A stretch of DNA of 64,000 nucleotides, taken from contig CANHCU010000006.1 of NCBI GenBank assembly GCA_947459185.1, positions 424 to 64,423 of the forward strand, written 5' to 3'. Positions within the stretch are counted from its first letter, which is position 1, and the number at the start of each line of letters is the position of its first letter. Below are positions 35,361-44,921 of this stretch, piece by piece. The notes under the pieces are model-generated. The model did not search any database and was not told the origin of the DNA. It saw only the letters and a program-made list of their open reading frames with translations. The stretch comes from Planctomycetaceae bacterium. GTDB lineage: Bacteria > Planctomycetota > Planctomycetia > Pirellulales > UBA1268. The translations under genes and the position numbers were made by a program.

Positions 35361-36068
35361 TGCGACGGGTATCGAAGGCTGTGGATGCTCTTGCGCCGCG
35401 AAGGATGGCTCGTGAACAAGAAGCTCGTCTACCGGCTGTACTGCGAAGAAGGGCTGGGAATCAGGCGGTGAAAGCCACGTCGGCGGAAGAGCGTCCAGGT
35501 ACGGGAGGTACGGCCGCCGACCGGGCAGACCAATGAGAGCTGGAGCATGGACTTCATGGCCGATCAACTGGTCGGCGGGCAGCGGTTCCGGCTGCTGCAG
35601 TTAGTCGATAACCACAGCCGTGAGAGCCTGGCGATTGAGGTCGGCCAGCGGCTGACCGGAGACGATGTCGTTCGGGTCTTGGAGCGGGTCTCGATGGTGC
35701 GTGAAAGCCGCAGACAATTCGAGTCGATAACGGTCCCGAGTTCGTCTCGCAGAGCTTGGATCTGTGGGCGTACTTCAACGGCGTGAAGCTCGACTTCAGC
35801 AGACCGGGAAAGCCCACGGATAACGCCGTGATCGAGTCATTCAACGGCAGGCTTCGCGACGAGTGCTTGAACCAGCACTGGTTCTTGTCGCTCGACGACG
35901 CGCAAGCCGTGACACAAGAGTGGAGCGAGGACTACAATTGAGTCCAACCGCACGGTGCTCTGGGCAACCGCACGCCGTCGGAGTTCGCTAGGCCGTTAGA
36001 TGGGCATGCCCATCTAACGGCCCTGCATGGCTAACAACTCGGCTGGCACCAAGTTGTGGGCAGCGTCC
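35361..36068 (+). mobile_element. IS3-family relic (3' two-thirds of orfB plus right IR, with stops and frameshifts)
   Basis: GWLVNKKLVYRLYCEEGLGIRR*, WSMDFMADQLVGGQRFRLLQLVDNHSRESLAIEVG and KLDFSRPGKPTDNAVIESFNGRLRDECLNQHWF are present. The IR-like end GGCTAACAACTCGGCTGGCACCAAGTTGTGGGCAGCGTC finishes at 36067. Confidence 0.8.
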
Positions 36069-36080
36069 CAACCACAGACT

Positions 36081-36119
36081 CTCTCTCTGAAAGTGGCGAC
36101 GTTCATGGGGGGCAGGTCA
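36081..36119 (-). repeat. 38-bp IS-end-like motif, copy d
   Basis: The reverse complement reads TGACCTGCCCCCCATGAACGTCGCCACTTTCAGAGAGAGA. Its tip lies 51 bp outside the IS relic tip. Confidence 0.55.
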
Positions 36120-36245
36120 ATGGATACCCTGGTGATAGATACTGGATCCATTCATGTCATGGGGGCATGTCACGGATCGGTGAAGGAAGGCGGGCGACGG
36201 TTCACATTTGCTCGCGTCGGAGAGTGAATGTAGCATCGAGAACGG

Positions 36246-37655
36246 TTGACGCGACACAGGGCGACGCCCGCCAACATGACGCAAGCAGTAGTTTTACGTT
36301 CGATTGCCGGCAGCATTCCCATGGAGGCGGGGAGGCGTGCGATGGCATGGCTGTCCGCCGCGCCGGTGATCCGAAACGTCGGCCGTGGTATCTACGATTA
36401 CGCGGTTCGGCACGTCGCCCATCGCGTTGCCGCGATCGAGGGCGTGGCGAGCCTGATCTCCTACAACAGTTATGCAAGTCGGTCTGTCATCCCCGGCTAC
36501 AGCGACATCGACCTCTCCGTCGTCGTGCGAGATGACCTCGATGCATCGTCGTTGGTCAGGGTTCTTCGACGAGTCGACGCGGTGTATGGAGCCGCTCGCA
36601 GGCTCTATCCGATGATCGATGGCAACACCGTCGTGTACACGCAAAAATCATTTGAAACCGCTTGGAACACGGGGTGTCTGACTCAGCACGCCGATGCATG
36701 GCGCTGCGAATGGGGAGAAGAAAGCGTTCTCGACGCGGCACTCGCCGCAGAGACTCCATCACTTCCGGATAGGCTTGCCGAACTAAGTCGCACGTACCTG
36801 ACGGGTTTCCATGCCAATCTCCTGACGGCGTTGAAAGCCGGCAGACGACGGCCGACGATCGCCTTGGAGCGGTCCACAGCGAAGATCTATCGGAAGCTAT
36901 CAAAGCTCGCCCCATTCATTCTCGCCCCAAAGTCACAACGTCTCGATGCGTTCGTCCATCAGGTCATCGTCGACTTGGAAGAAGTCCTACGAGCAGGTTG
37001 GTCAAGCGATGCACCACACACTTGGCCCGTCGTCTCCCCCGGCGTCGCAGGAGTGCCGCGCCGACAAATTCGGCACGATCCCGCGACCGTCAAGGGGAAC
37101 TCGGTGATCTCGTTGCCCGACGGAAGCACGCACTGGCATATCCTGCCGGATGCGTTCGCCGAATCGAATGTCGCGGCAGCACTGTCATCGATCGTGTCGG
37201 CGGGACGCGATTCGTCTGCTCTTCACCAAGTCGTGACGCGTCGCCTGTACGAGATTTCCAATCGACACCTCAATCCCCTCGGATACTACGGCCGGATGAG
37301 CGCGAGAGACGTGCAGGGCGAGGATCTTCTGGCGAACATGCCTGAGCCGACGGACGCCGGCATCCGTTGCTTTTTCCGCACTGAAGCCCTGAAACTGCTG
37401 CAGTTGCCCCCAGCCGTCGACGCCTTGGTTGCCGGTGAAGCTGCGAACCTGCAGTCCTGGTGGACGCGTTGCCATAGGCTTCGGCATTTCATCGATCGTG
37501 GCGAGTTCATACTGAACGCGAGGCAGACATACGGCGATTGTCCAGACCGTCGGCCCGAAGTCATTGTCGGACTGATGCGAGACACCATCGCGGCTCTGAC
37601 GTCTCCTCATGCCGCCGCTTTGGTACGATCTGAGTCGGCGGAGGTCCATCGGTGA
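36246..37655 (+). CDS. nucleotidyltransferase-domain protein (large, uncharacterised)
   Basis: GVASLISYNSYASRSVIPGYSDIDLSVVV is a pol-beta-type NTase signature (G-S...D-x-D). ATGA overlap with the next gene. The start is uncertain (TTG 36246 or ATG 36321). Confidence 0.6.
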   Translation: MTRHRATPANMTQAVVLRSIAGSIPMEAGRRAMAWLSAAPVIRNVGRGIYDYAVRHVAHRVAAIEGVASLISYNSYASRSVIPGYSDIDLSVVVRDDLDASSLVRVLRRVDAVYGAARRLYPMIDGNTVVYTQKSFETAWNTGCLTQHADAWRCEWGEESVLDAALAAETPSLPDRLAELSRTYLTGFHANLLTALKAGRRRPTIALERSTAKIYRKLSKLAPFILAPKSQRLDAFVHQVIVDLEEVLRAGWSSDAPHTWPVVSPGVAGVPRRQIRHDPATVKGNSVISLPDGSTHWHILPDAFAESNVAAALSSIVSAGRDSSALHQVVTRRLYEISNRHLNPLGYYGRMSARDVQGEDLLANMPEPTDAGIRCFFRTEALKLLQLPPAVDALVAGEAANLQSWWTRCHRLRHFIDRGEFILNARQTYGDCPDRRPEVIVGLMRDTIAALTSPHAAALVRSESAEVHR

Positions 37656-40600
37656 ACATCGGCATCGTGTCGAAGAGCGTCGACCAGCAGGGCGGAGCCG
37701 AGATTTATCTTCTCGAGTGCATGCGTCGCTGGCAGAAGAAGGCGGACATCACGCTCTATTCCACGTGCATCGACCCGCAGCTTCTGGTCGATCATGGAAT
37801 TGATACCTCACGACTGATCCAAGTGCTCCTGCCGGGCTTCGAGGATCGTGACCGCCGGCCGTTCTCGCTGCTCGAGGATCTCATGATCCTGCCTCGGCTT
37901 TGGGAGGACCAACTCCGTAAGCACGACGTCTACTTCCTCAACGGGTGCCCGACGCAGATCATGCGTTGCTCGCCCAGCGTGTTCATGTGCCACGAGCCGC
38001 TGCGCATGCTCTACGACCTTCGTTATCTCGGGGAGCATGTACACGGCGACGAAGAACTCAGTGTCCATGTCTATCCCGAACAGGCATATCGCTGTGCACC
38101 CGTTCTGGAGATGGATGCCCAGATGGGCCTGCTCGAGTCGCTCGACCGTGGCACCGTCTTCGATCGAATGGCGGTCAACAGTCAAAACATGGCTCGGTAT
38201 GCGGAAAACGTTTACGGCCGTCGCCCCGACGTCATCGCCTACCCCGGAGTCAATGTCTGGGAGAAGCCGGGACGGCCCGCCGCTGGAAAGCGGGCTGTGT
38301 TCGTCGGGCGACTCTGGTCGCACAAGCGACTCGAACTCGCGATCAAGGCCATCGCGCTGGTGCCGGACGGCAATCTTGACATCGTCGGGCAAGGACCGGA
38401 CAGAGACAAACTGGAGGCGTTGGCCGCCAGACTGGGAGTTTCCGACCGAGTGGTGTTCCATGGCCGACTCCCGCAGCAGGATGTTGAACGCATCTATCGA
38501 GAAGCCACCTGCGGCGTCTATGTGCCGCTGCGTGAACCGTTCGGGATGATGCCGCTCGAAGCCGCCGCCGCCGGCCTGCCGGTGGTCGTCAGCCCCGAGG
38601 GTGGATACATGGAGATTCTCGGCGATCACGGGGCGATTGTCGTGCAACCGAACCCGAAGAGCATCGCCCGGGGGCTGGACCGATTGTTCAGCAACCCCGC
38701 CTTCGCCGCCACCATGGGCAGGCAGGCCGCCGCCGCAGTGGCAAACCACACTTGGGATCGCACCGCGGATGAACTATACGAACTGCTTATAGATGCGACA
38801 CGCGTACGCAAACTCCCTGTCCAGTCCACCGCCACCGACCGTCCGCTCCTCGGTGCTCATTACTATCCGTGGTACAACGCCGGCTCGCCGACGCGTCACT
38901 GGAATGAGAATTCCGAGTATTCCGGAGTCACGGATCGGCCTCAGCAGGGCTGCTACACCTCGCAGGACGATGAAACAATCCAGCATCATCTCGATCTGGC
39001 TGAGGAAGGCGGCCTCGATTTCCTCATCATCAATTTGGAGATCGGATCGACGGGAGCGAACGCACAGGATCTCGACGCGACGAGGCGGATGGTCGCCGCG
39101 GCAGAGGCGAGGAAGGGACGCGTGAGGGTGAGCGTGATGCTGAGCATTGGAACCGTGCTCGAGCATCCCGTCCGCACTGCCCTGCACAACATCCAGAAAC
39201 TCGCCGAGTCGCCCTCATGGCTCCACCATCGAGGGAAGCCGATGCTGTGGATATTTTTCTCGAACAACCTTCTCGGCTGCTACTTCACCAATCGAGCGAT
39301 GTTGGAGCGGGAGTGTGCGCGATTCAACGTAGTGGCGGCCGGTGCGATTTCCCTGCCGAGATGTCTCCCCATGTCGCTGCAGCAATTCGTAGTCGGATGG
39401 TGCCTCTACAAGCCCTTGCGCTACGCGGACGCGACAGAAAGCATCGCCTATGCGACGAGTTGCTATGCACGGCATGTCAACCATGGCCAGGACCCGATCC
39501 GGATCTTCGCCGTCTCGCCAGGATATGATGATCGTCACCTCACTGGCGATGCACGTCAGAGTGGAGACGCGCGGCGCGTAGATCGGGCCGATGGACGCAT
39601 CTACCAATCCATGCTGCACGCCGCGATCCAAGCCTCGCCGCGGCCGGAGATGGTCGTCATCACCAGCTTCAACGAATTCCATGAAAACACCCACATCGAG
39701 CCAAGCGTCAACTACGGCGACAGGTTCATTCGAATGTCGGCGGAATTCAGCCGTGCAGTGAAGGCCCGGCGCGATGATTGGCCTGACGACTTCGCGAGGC
39801 CAGCGTCAACCGCCTCGCGTGGATACGATCCACACTTTCAGGAGCTATCGGCCACAGACGTCCCCGAGCCAGCCACTCGGCAGAAAGGGGAGCGTGGACT
39901 CACGAAGCAGTTCCGAACAGCGGTCATCCATGTCGGCACCGACAAGACTGGCAGTACCGCGTTGCAGACGTCCATGGACGCCATGCGCAATGCGTTCGTG
40001 CGTCGTCGTAAAGTCGCATATCTGCCGGGACCCGTTCATCACATGCTGGGGTCGCACTTCAGCGCCGAACCTGAGCGGCTGGAGTTTAACATTGCCGAGG
40101 GATTCTCGAGTCGGTCAGCCATCCAGGAGCGAGATCGGGCCTATCTGACATCCGTCGAGCGGTTCCTGCAGACGGCCGGCGAGTGTGAGACTCTCTTCCT
40201 CTCCTTCGAAGGTTTCCACAGCCTCGCGGAGGAGACACTGGATTCACTGGTCGCTTGGGCGAGGTCCCACGCCGAATCGGTGACCGCCCTCATGTACGTG
40301 AGACAGCCTCACTCGTACGCGGTGAGTGCGCTCAGCCAGCGCGTGTTCAGTGGTCAAGCGGCGACGGCGACCAAGCCGCTTCCCCGCGTGAACACACGCC
40401 GCGTGCTGACACGCCTCGAGAATGCATTCGGGCAGGGGCGTGTGCTGGTCAGGGCCTATGAGGCATCGCAGCTCGTTGGGGGGGACATCGTGTCCGATTG
40501 CCTGCACGCAATCGGAGCGGAAGAGATCATCGGAACTGCCGATTATGTGCGCGGGGGGCAAGTCAACACTCAGATGTCTCGCGAGGCAGCGACGTTTGGC

Positions 40601-40894
40601 AAGGCACTGATAACGGCACTCACGGAAGGCGGCGCGAAGTTGCCGGACAGAACGTCGTGGAGGAAGTGCCGCGACTTGATTGCCACGATGCCCGGGCATC
40701 GGATTACATTGACGCCGAAACAGGCGGCGGAATTGTCGGATGCTACACAAAGTGACCTGTCACTGCTGAAGGCCGCATACGGGATCGAATTCCAAGAACC
40801 CGTTTCGAAGTACGTCGAGGACTCGGACTTCTCGGCAGAGACGGCCATGATCACAGAGATCGCGAAAGTCGTTGCCACGATGATGCCCCACTAG
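37652..40894 (+). CDS. three-domain enzyme: GT4 glycosyltransferase + GH99-like domain + sulfotransferase-like P-loop domain
   Basis: aa 1-385 are GT4 (VFVGRLWSHKRLELAI...FGMMPLEAAAAGLPVVVSPEGG). The middle domain reads LLGAHYYPWYNAG...HWNE...GCYTSQDDETIQHHL...VVITSFNEFHENTHIEPS (GH99-like). The C-terminus has VIHVGTDKTGSTALQ (PAPS-binding-loop-like). Confidence 0.8.
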   Translation: MNIGIVSKSVDQQGGAEIYLLECMRRWQKKADITLYSTCIDPQLLVDHGIDTSRLIQVLLPGFEDRDRRPFSLLEDLMILPRLWEDQLRKHDVYFLNGCPTQIMRCSPSVFMCHEPLRMLYDLRYLGEHVHGDEELSVHVYPEQAYRCAPVLEMDAQMGLLESLDRGTVFDRMAVNSQNMARYAENVYGRRPDVIAYPGVNVWEKPGRPAAGKRAVFVGRLWSHKRLELAIKAIALVPDGNLDIVGQGPDRDKLEALAARLGVSDRVVFHGRLPQQDVERIYREATCGVYVPLREPFGMMPLEAAAAGLPVVVSPEGGYMEILGDHGAIVVQPNPKSIARGLDRLFSNPAFAATMGRQAAAAVANHTWDRTADELYELLIDATRVRKLPVQSTATDRPLLGAHYYPWYNAGSPTRHWNENSEYSGVTDRPQQGCYTSQDDETIQHHLDLAEEGGLDFLIINLEIGSTGANAQDLDATRRMVAAAEARKGRVRVSVMLSIGTVLEHPVRTALHNIQKLAESPSWLHHRGKPMLWIFFSNNLLGCYFTNRAMLERECARFNVVAAGAISLPRCLPMSLQQFVVGWCLYKPLRYADATESIAYATSCYARHVNHGQDPIRIFAVSPGYDDRHLTGDARQSGDARRVDRADGRIYQSMLHAAIQASPRPEMVVITSFNEFHENTHIEPSVNYGDRFIRMSAEFSRAVKARRDDWPDDFARPASTASRGYDPHFQELSATDVPEPATRQKGERGLTKQFRTAVIHVGTDKTGSTALQTSMDAMRNAFVRRRKVAYLPGPVHHMLGSHFSAEPERLEFNIAEGFSSRSAIQERDRAYLTSVERFLQTAGECETLFLSFEGFHSLAEETLDSLVAWARSHAESVTALMYVRQPHSYAVSALSQRVFSGQAATATKPLPRVNTRRVLTRLENAFGQGRVLVRAYEASQLVGGDIVSDCLHAIGAEEIIGTADYVRGGQVNTQMSREAATFGKALITALTEGGAKLPDRTSWRKCRDLIATMPGHRITLTPKQAAELSDATQSDLSLLKAAYGIEFQEPVSKYVEDSDFSAETAMITEIAKVVATMMPH

Positions 40895-40932
40895 CAACTT
40901 TCGGTGTCGTACTTGGGGGAAGGAGCTCCTCG

Positions 40933-41961
40933 TTGGCTGAAATCTATACGATCGACCTGTATTTCGCTGCTTGTCGCATCACGGTCCGCAGCCAGGTTGC
41001 CACCGTGATCGAGTGGCTTCGACGGGATTTTCCTTGCCATCTCACACCCCTCGAGGCGACGCGAATCAAAGTCGTCATCGAGTCAAGGCCGAACTCGCAT
41101 GTCGCTCAGCCGAGAGGACGAAGCTTCCTGCGGCACCTTGGTGGCACCGCATTCGGCTGGGGCGATCATCGCTTCATCGACTATCAGGGAGCCTGCGTTT
41201 TTTACGACCATCGCCGCGGCGTGGGTACCGTCGCGTCCACCGACTTGGAACTACTTTACCATTACAGCTACTACCTGATTATCGCGATCTCGGGCGAGCA
41301 GCTCGATGCCCAAGGACTTCATCGTTTTCATGCTGTTGGCGTCTGCTACCACGGGCTTGCTTTCTTGGTATCGATGCCACCCAACGGGGGAAAGTCCACG
41401 CTCGCCATGTCGCTGCTCGACGATCCGGACTTTCTTCTTATTTCCGAGGACACGCCGCTGATCGACCTTCGGGGGCGAATCCATCCTTTTCCGATCCGCA
41501 TCAGCCTGCGTGAGATCCGGGATCGTCACATTCCCGCACGGTTTGTTCGAGAAAGGCTTGATCCCGTGTTCGGGCGAAAGCTCCTTCTCGATCTCGATTT
41601 TCATGGCGTGCACCGCGTGCATGACACCCCGGTAAGCCACCCCATCATCTGCTGGGGACGACGTTCCACGACCGACACACCTGCAATCCAGCCGCTGCCC
41701 CCGCTGCGATCTCTTGCCCTTGTGCTCCTCCAAGTGGTGACTGGCAAGGACTGTCCTCAGAGGGCGGAAATCGTGCTCCGCTTCACTCCCTGGGGGCTTT
41801 GCCGTTGGGCCACCATCGCAGCCAGCCGGCTGGCCGCCGCGGTCGCCCTCTGGCGTCACGGTCGTTTCTACGAACTGGTGCTATCCCAGGACCCAACGAG
41901 AAATGCAGCCTTCGTCACAGCATTTCTGCGATCACTGACGCCGCCTGAACGGTTCGCCTAG
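40933..41961 (+). CDS. HPr-kinase-C-terminal-domain-like P-loop protein (HprK-related kinase)
   Basis: GLHRFHAVGVCYHGLAFLVSMPPNGGKSTLAMSLLDDPDFLLISEDTPLID. TTG start as given in the track. Confidence 0.65.
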   Translation: MAEIYTIDLYFAACRITVRSQVATVIEWLRRDFPCHLTPLEATRIKVVIESRPNSHVAQPRGRSFLRHLGGTAFGWGDHRFIDYQGACVFYDHRRGVGTVASTDLELLYHYSYYLIIAISGEQLDAQGLHRFHAVGVCYHGLAFLVSMPPNGGKSTLAMSLLDDPDFLLISEDTPLIDLRGRIHPFPIRISLREIRDRHIPARFVRERLDPVFGRKLLLDLDFHGVHRVHDTPVSHPIICWGRRSTTDTPAIQPLPPLRSLALVLLQVVTGKDCPQRAEIVLRFTPWGLCRWATIAASRLAAAVALWRHGRFYELVLSQDPTRNAAFVTAFLRSLTPPERFA

Positions 41962-42214
41962 GAAACGCCTCGCTTGTCCATCGCCCGTCGTAGGCCTCCA
42001 AAACCATCACCGGCCAGGCGGTTGCCCAGCACGTGCCGCCACCAGTCTGGCCGGCTAACGAAGCTGGTGACGCCAGAGCACGCGGCGAAGCCCTCGTCGA
42101 TGTGCTACTCCCCCGAACATTTCCAAATGCCGTCAAACAGGTCGGTCTGCTAGCGAGCACCCACATGGCCGTCGCACTCCATTGCCATGAACACGCCTTG
42201 GCGTCTTGTGGTGA

Positions 42215-42405
42215 CTATTCGACGGCATCCACAAGCTCGGCAGTCACCCGCGCGGGCGAGCAACTCGATGCGATCGGCCGAAATCGCGTCGCAGTTGGAG
42301 TCGCCCCCCGCTTTCCCGTGTGAAACCGCCTTTGTTCGGTTCCTGTCCCCGCCACTTGAAGCCCGCCGGGCCCTCCATGGTTCGTGCGGCCTGTTTCTTG
42401 CGCGA
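42215..42405 (-). repeat. small-ORF-bearing dispersed repeat, copy 4 (internal deletion, frame broken)
   Basis: It contains CDAISADRIELLARA and then jumps to ...RVTAELVDAVE* in another frame. It shares the GTGGCGGGGACAGGAACCGAAC block with copies 1 and 5. Confidence 0.65.
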
Positions 42406-42427
42406 TAGCCGGCTGACGAATCCATGG

Positions 42428-43765
42428 TCAGCCGCCCGAACCCCTCAGTGCGACAAACGGTCGGGCCTTGCCACCGGGACCTGCCGGGATGGCGTCGACG
42501 CGACGGAGCGTGAAGTTGATGCACGCCGGCAGTGCCGCTCGTGCCGCGGCTACGAGCGACGCTTCCTCCGCTACTCCCATAGCCTCGGTGGCCACCACCA
42601 GATACTCCAACCGGTCGTCCGCCATCTGCGCAAGGCTCGCCTGCCGCACCATCCCCAGCCAGGGCCGAACGGCGTTGTGGATCGTCCACGGATGGAGGGA
42701 GATCCCGCCAGCGAGCCGGAACATCTCGATCGTTCGGCCATGAATCGCCATGAGCGTGGAATAGGGGGCCCCACAGGGGCAACGATCCGGCCCCCGCACC
42801 GCGAGATCGCCGATCGTGTAGCGGATGAAGGGCATCGCGAACGAATGCAGTCCCGTGACCACAACTTCGCCGGCCTGTCCCACCTCCACCGGCCTGCCGT
42901 CCGGCCCCAGCACCTCCAACACCACGGCGTCGTCACAGACGTGATAGGTGCCCTGCCCTGCCGGACACTGCCAAGCCAGCAGATTGAACTCATTGGAACC
43001 GTAGAGATCGCGGATCGGGCTGCCGATCGCCGCGATTGCGGCACGCAGCGGTGCGGTGAGCAGTTCGCCGGTCGTCACCACGAGCCGAGGTGAGAGCGTG
43101 AGCCGACGGGCGACCACCGTATCGACCAGAGCGGCCAGTGCGCTCGTCATCCCCGTGAGGCAGTGCGGAGCGAACCGGGCCGCCTTCTCTGCCGCTGCAT
43201 CGTCGCCGAGGGCATCGACGACCAGAATCTGTCGCCACCCTAGCGCCATGGCCAGCCGAGCCAGCCGCTGGTCGTCGCGCGGATCAGCATTGCCGTGGAA
43301 CAGGGCGTTGACCGTGCGTTCATGCCGGCCGACGCCATAGCTGCGAAAGGCACGCCAGCGGAAACAGTTGAGGAGCCGCTCTTCCAGCCAGGTTCGCCGA
43401 ATCGCCATGCGTTCGCCCGTCGACCCGCTGGTAGACCGATCCAGCAGCCGCTCGGGCGACACGTTCCCGGCCAGCGTCCCAGCGAGCCCCGCCTCCTGGT
43501 AGTCGCGGCGGGTGAGCACCGGAAAGCGTTGCAACTCCTCGCCCGCCCCGTCAGCGCCCAGCCTCGTCGCATGGGATGGTGCGCGGAGGTGAAACAACGG
43601 CACTTGCTGCCGAGCATGGGCCAAGAGCATGCTGAGTCGGGCATCGCGCCACCGGGCCACAGCTGCGGCGTCGCGTGGCTCCCGGAGCGTCGCGCGAAAG
43701 GCGTCCCATTGATGATGGCGCAGCCAGGCGATCCCGCTGTGCCATGTCGCATGCGATCTGGTCAT
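42428..43765 (-). CDS. phenylacetate-CoA-ligase/CapK/F390-synthetase-like adenylate-forming enzyme
   Basis: DRSTSGSTGERM (AMP-binding core motif), PaaK-like length and C-terminal domain. ATGA overlap with the upstream GT4. Confidence 0.8.
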   Translation of the reverse strand: MTRSHATWHSGIAWLRHHQWDAFRATLREPRDAAAVARWRDARLSMLLAHARQQVPLFHLRAPSHATRLGADGAGEELQRFPVLTRRDYQEAGLAGTLAGNVSPERLLDRSTSGSTGERMAIRRTWLEERLLNCFRWRAFRSYGVGRHERTVNALFHGNADPRDDQRLARLAMALGWRQILVVDALGDDAAAEKAARFAPHCLTGMTSALAALVDTVVARRLTLSPRLVVTTGELLTAPLRAAIAAIGSPIRDLYGSNEFNLLAWQCPAGQGTYHVCDDAVVLEVLGPDGRPVEVGQAGEVVVTGLHSFAMPFIRYTIGDLAVRGPDRCPCGAPYSTLMAIHGRTIEMFRLAGGISLHPWTIHNAVRPWLGMVRQASLAQMADDRLEYLVVATEAMGVAEEASLVAAARAALPACINFTLRRVDAIPAGPGGKARPFVALRGSGG

Positions 43766-44898
43766 GGTGCCTCCGACAGCAGTCGCGTCGCGTGTCGGGC
43801 CCGGGCTGCGTCATACAAAGCACGATACGCGGCGATCACTCCATCGGGGGCGTAGCGTTCGCGGGCGAGACGCCTGCCCGCGTGGCCATACGCTTCCGCG
43901 AGGCGATGCTGCATCAGGAGTTCGCACGCCGCCGCCGCCATCCCGTCGAGATCGCCCACCGGCAGGAGTCTGCCGCAGACGCCCTCCGCGACCACACCCG
44001 TCAGCCCTCCCACCCGCGTCCCCACCACCGGCACACCCGCAGCCATCGCCTCCAGCGCCGCCATCCCGAACGACTCGCAGGCACTCGGAAGCAGGAGCAC
44101 ATCCGCTTGGGCGAAGTAGGGTCCGACATGCGCGGTCGCCCCCACGAATGAAATGGTGTCGGCCACGCCAAGGCGAACTGCTTCAGAATGCATGGCACCT
44201 GCATCGGGACCTTCCCCCACCACCAGCAACCGGCAGCGCACACGCCGGTTCACACGGGCCAGGATTCCAACGCAGTCGACAGCTCGTTTCACCGGCCGGA
44301 GCGTCGAGACATGCAACAGCACCCGCTCGCTCCTGAAGTGGATCCGCCGTTCGATATCAGACAGGGGACTCGACGACACGCGCTCGATGCAGTTGGGAAT
44401 CACGACCGGCCGCGGAATGCCAAGCGACATGACTGCGGCATCTGCCAAAAAGGGACTCACCGCTGACACCCCATCGCTTGCGAAGAGTGCTGCGGAAATC
44501 GCTGGGGCCACGTCCGGGGCCATCGTCACGTCGGTGCCATGGAGGGTCGTGACCACCGTCGGCCTTCGCGCTGCCGGCAGCATCTCCCTGGCAGCGACAG
44601 CCGCCACCGCATGGGGGTTGGCATAGTGGGCATGCACGATGTCAAGACTGTCCTCCAACGCCACTGCGGCAATTGCGTGCGCGAGTCGCTGGACCTCCGC
44701 GGTCGATCCAGGCCGCAGCGGGTTACCGGCATCGGGAATGGCACGAAACAACACACCGCTATGCGGATGCAGCCGTTCCGGCGGCGCGGAAGCCAACAGG
44801 AAGACGCTGTGTCCAGCGGCCACAAGGTGGCCGGCGAGCGATGCAGCCACCGTGCTGCTCCCCCCGATGGCCGCAAAACAGACGACGCCGATCCGCAT
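43762..44898 (-). CDS. bshA: BshA-like GT4 (N-acetylglucosaminyl-malate synthase family)
   Basis: MRIGVVCFAAIGGSSTVAASLAGHLVAAGHSV, LDIVHAHYANPHAVAA, VVTTLHGTDVT, VSTLRPVKR, LLVVGEGPD and ESFGMAALEAMAAGVPVVGT parallel Bacillus BshA blocks, from my recollection of that sequence. A 378-aa product results with the ATG at 44898, preceded by GGAGGAG. Confidence 0.75.
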   Translation of the reverse strand: MRIGVVCFAAIGGSSTVAASLAGHLVAAGHSVFLLASAPPERLHPHSGVLFRAIPDAGNPLRPGSTAEVQRLAHAIAAVALEDSLDIVHAHYANPHAVAAVAAREMLPAARRPTVVTTLHGTDVTMAPDVAPAISAALFASDGVSAVSPFLADAAVMSLGIPRPVVIPNCIERVSSSPLSDIERRIHFRSERVLLHVSTLRPVKRAVDCVGILARVNRRVRCRLLVVGEGPDAGAMHSEAVRLGVADTISFVGATAHVGPYFAQADVLLLPSACESFGMAALEAMAAGVPVVGTRVGGLTGVVAEGVCGRLLPVGDLDGMAAAACELLMQHRLAEAYGHAGRRLARERYAPDGVIAAYRALYDAARARHATRLLSEAP

Positions 44899-44921
44899 GA
44901 TGTCACTCCTCCGACGATCGG

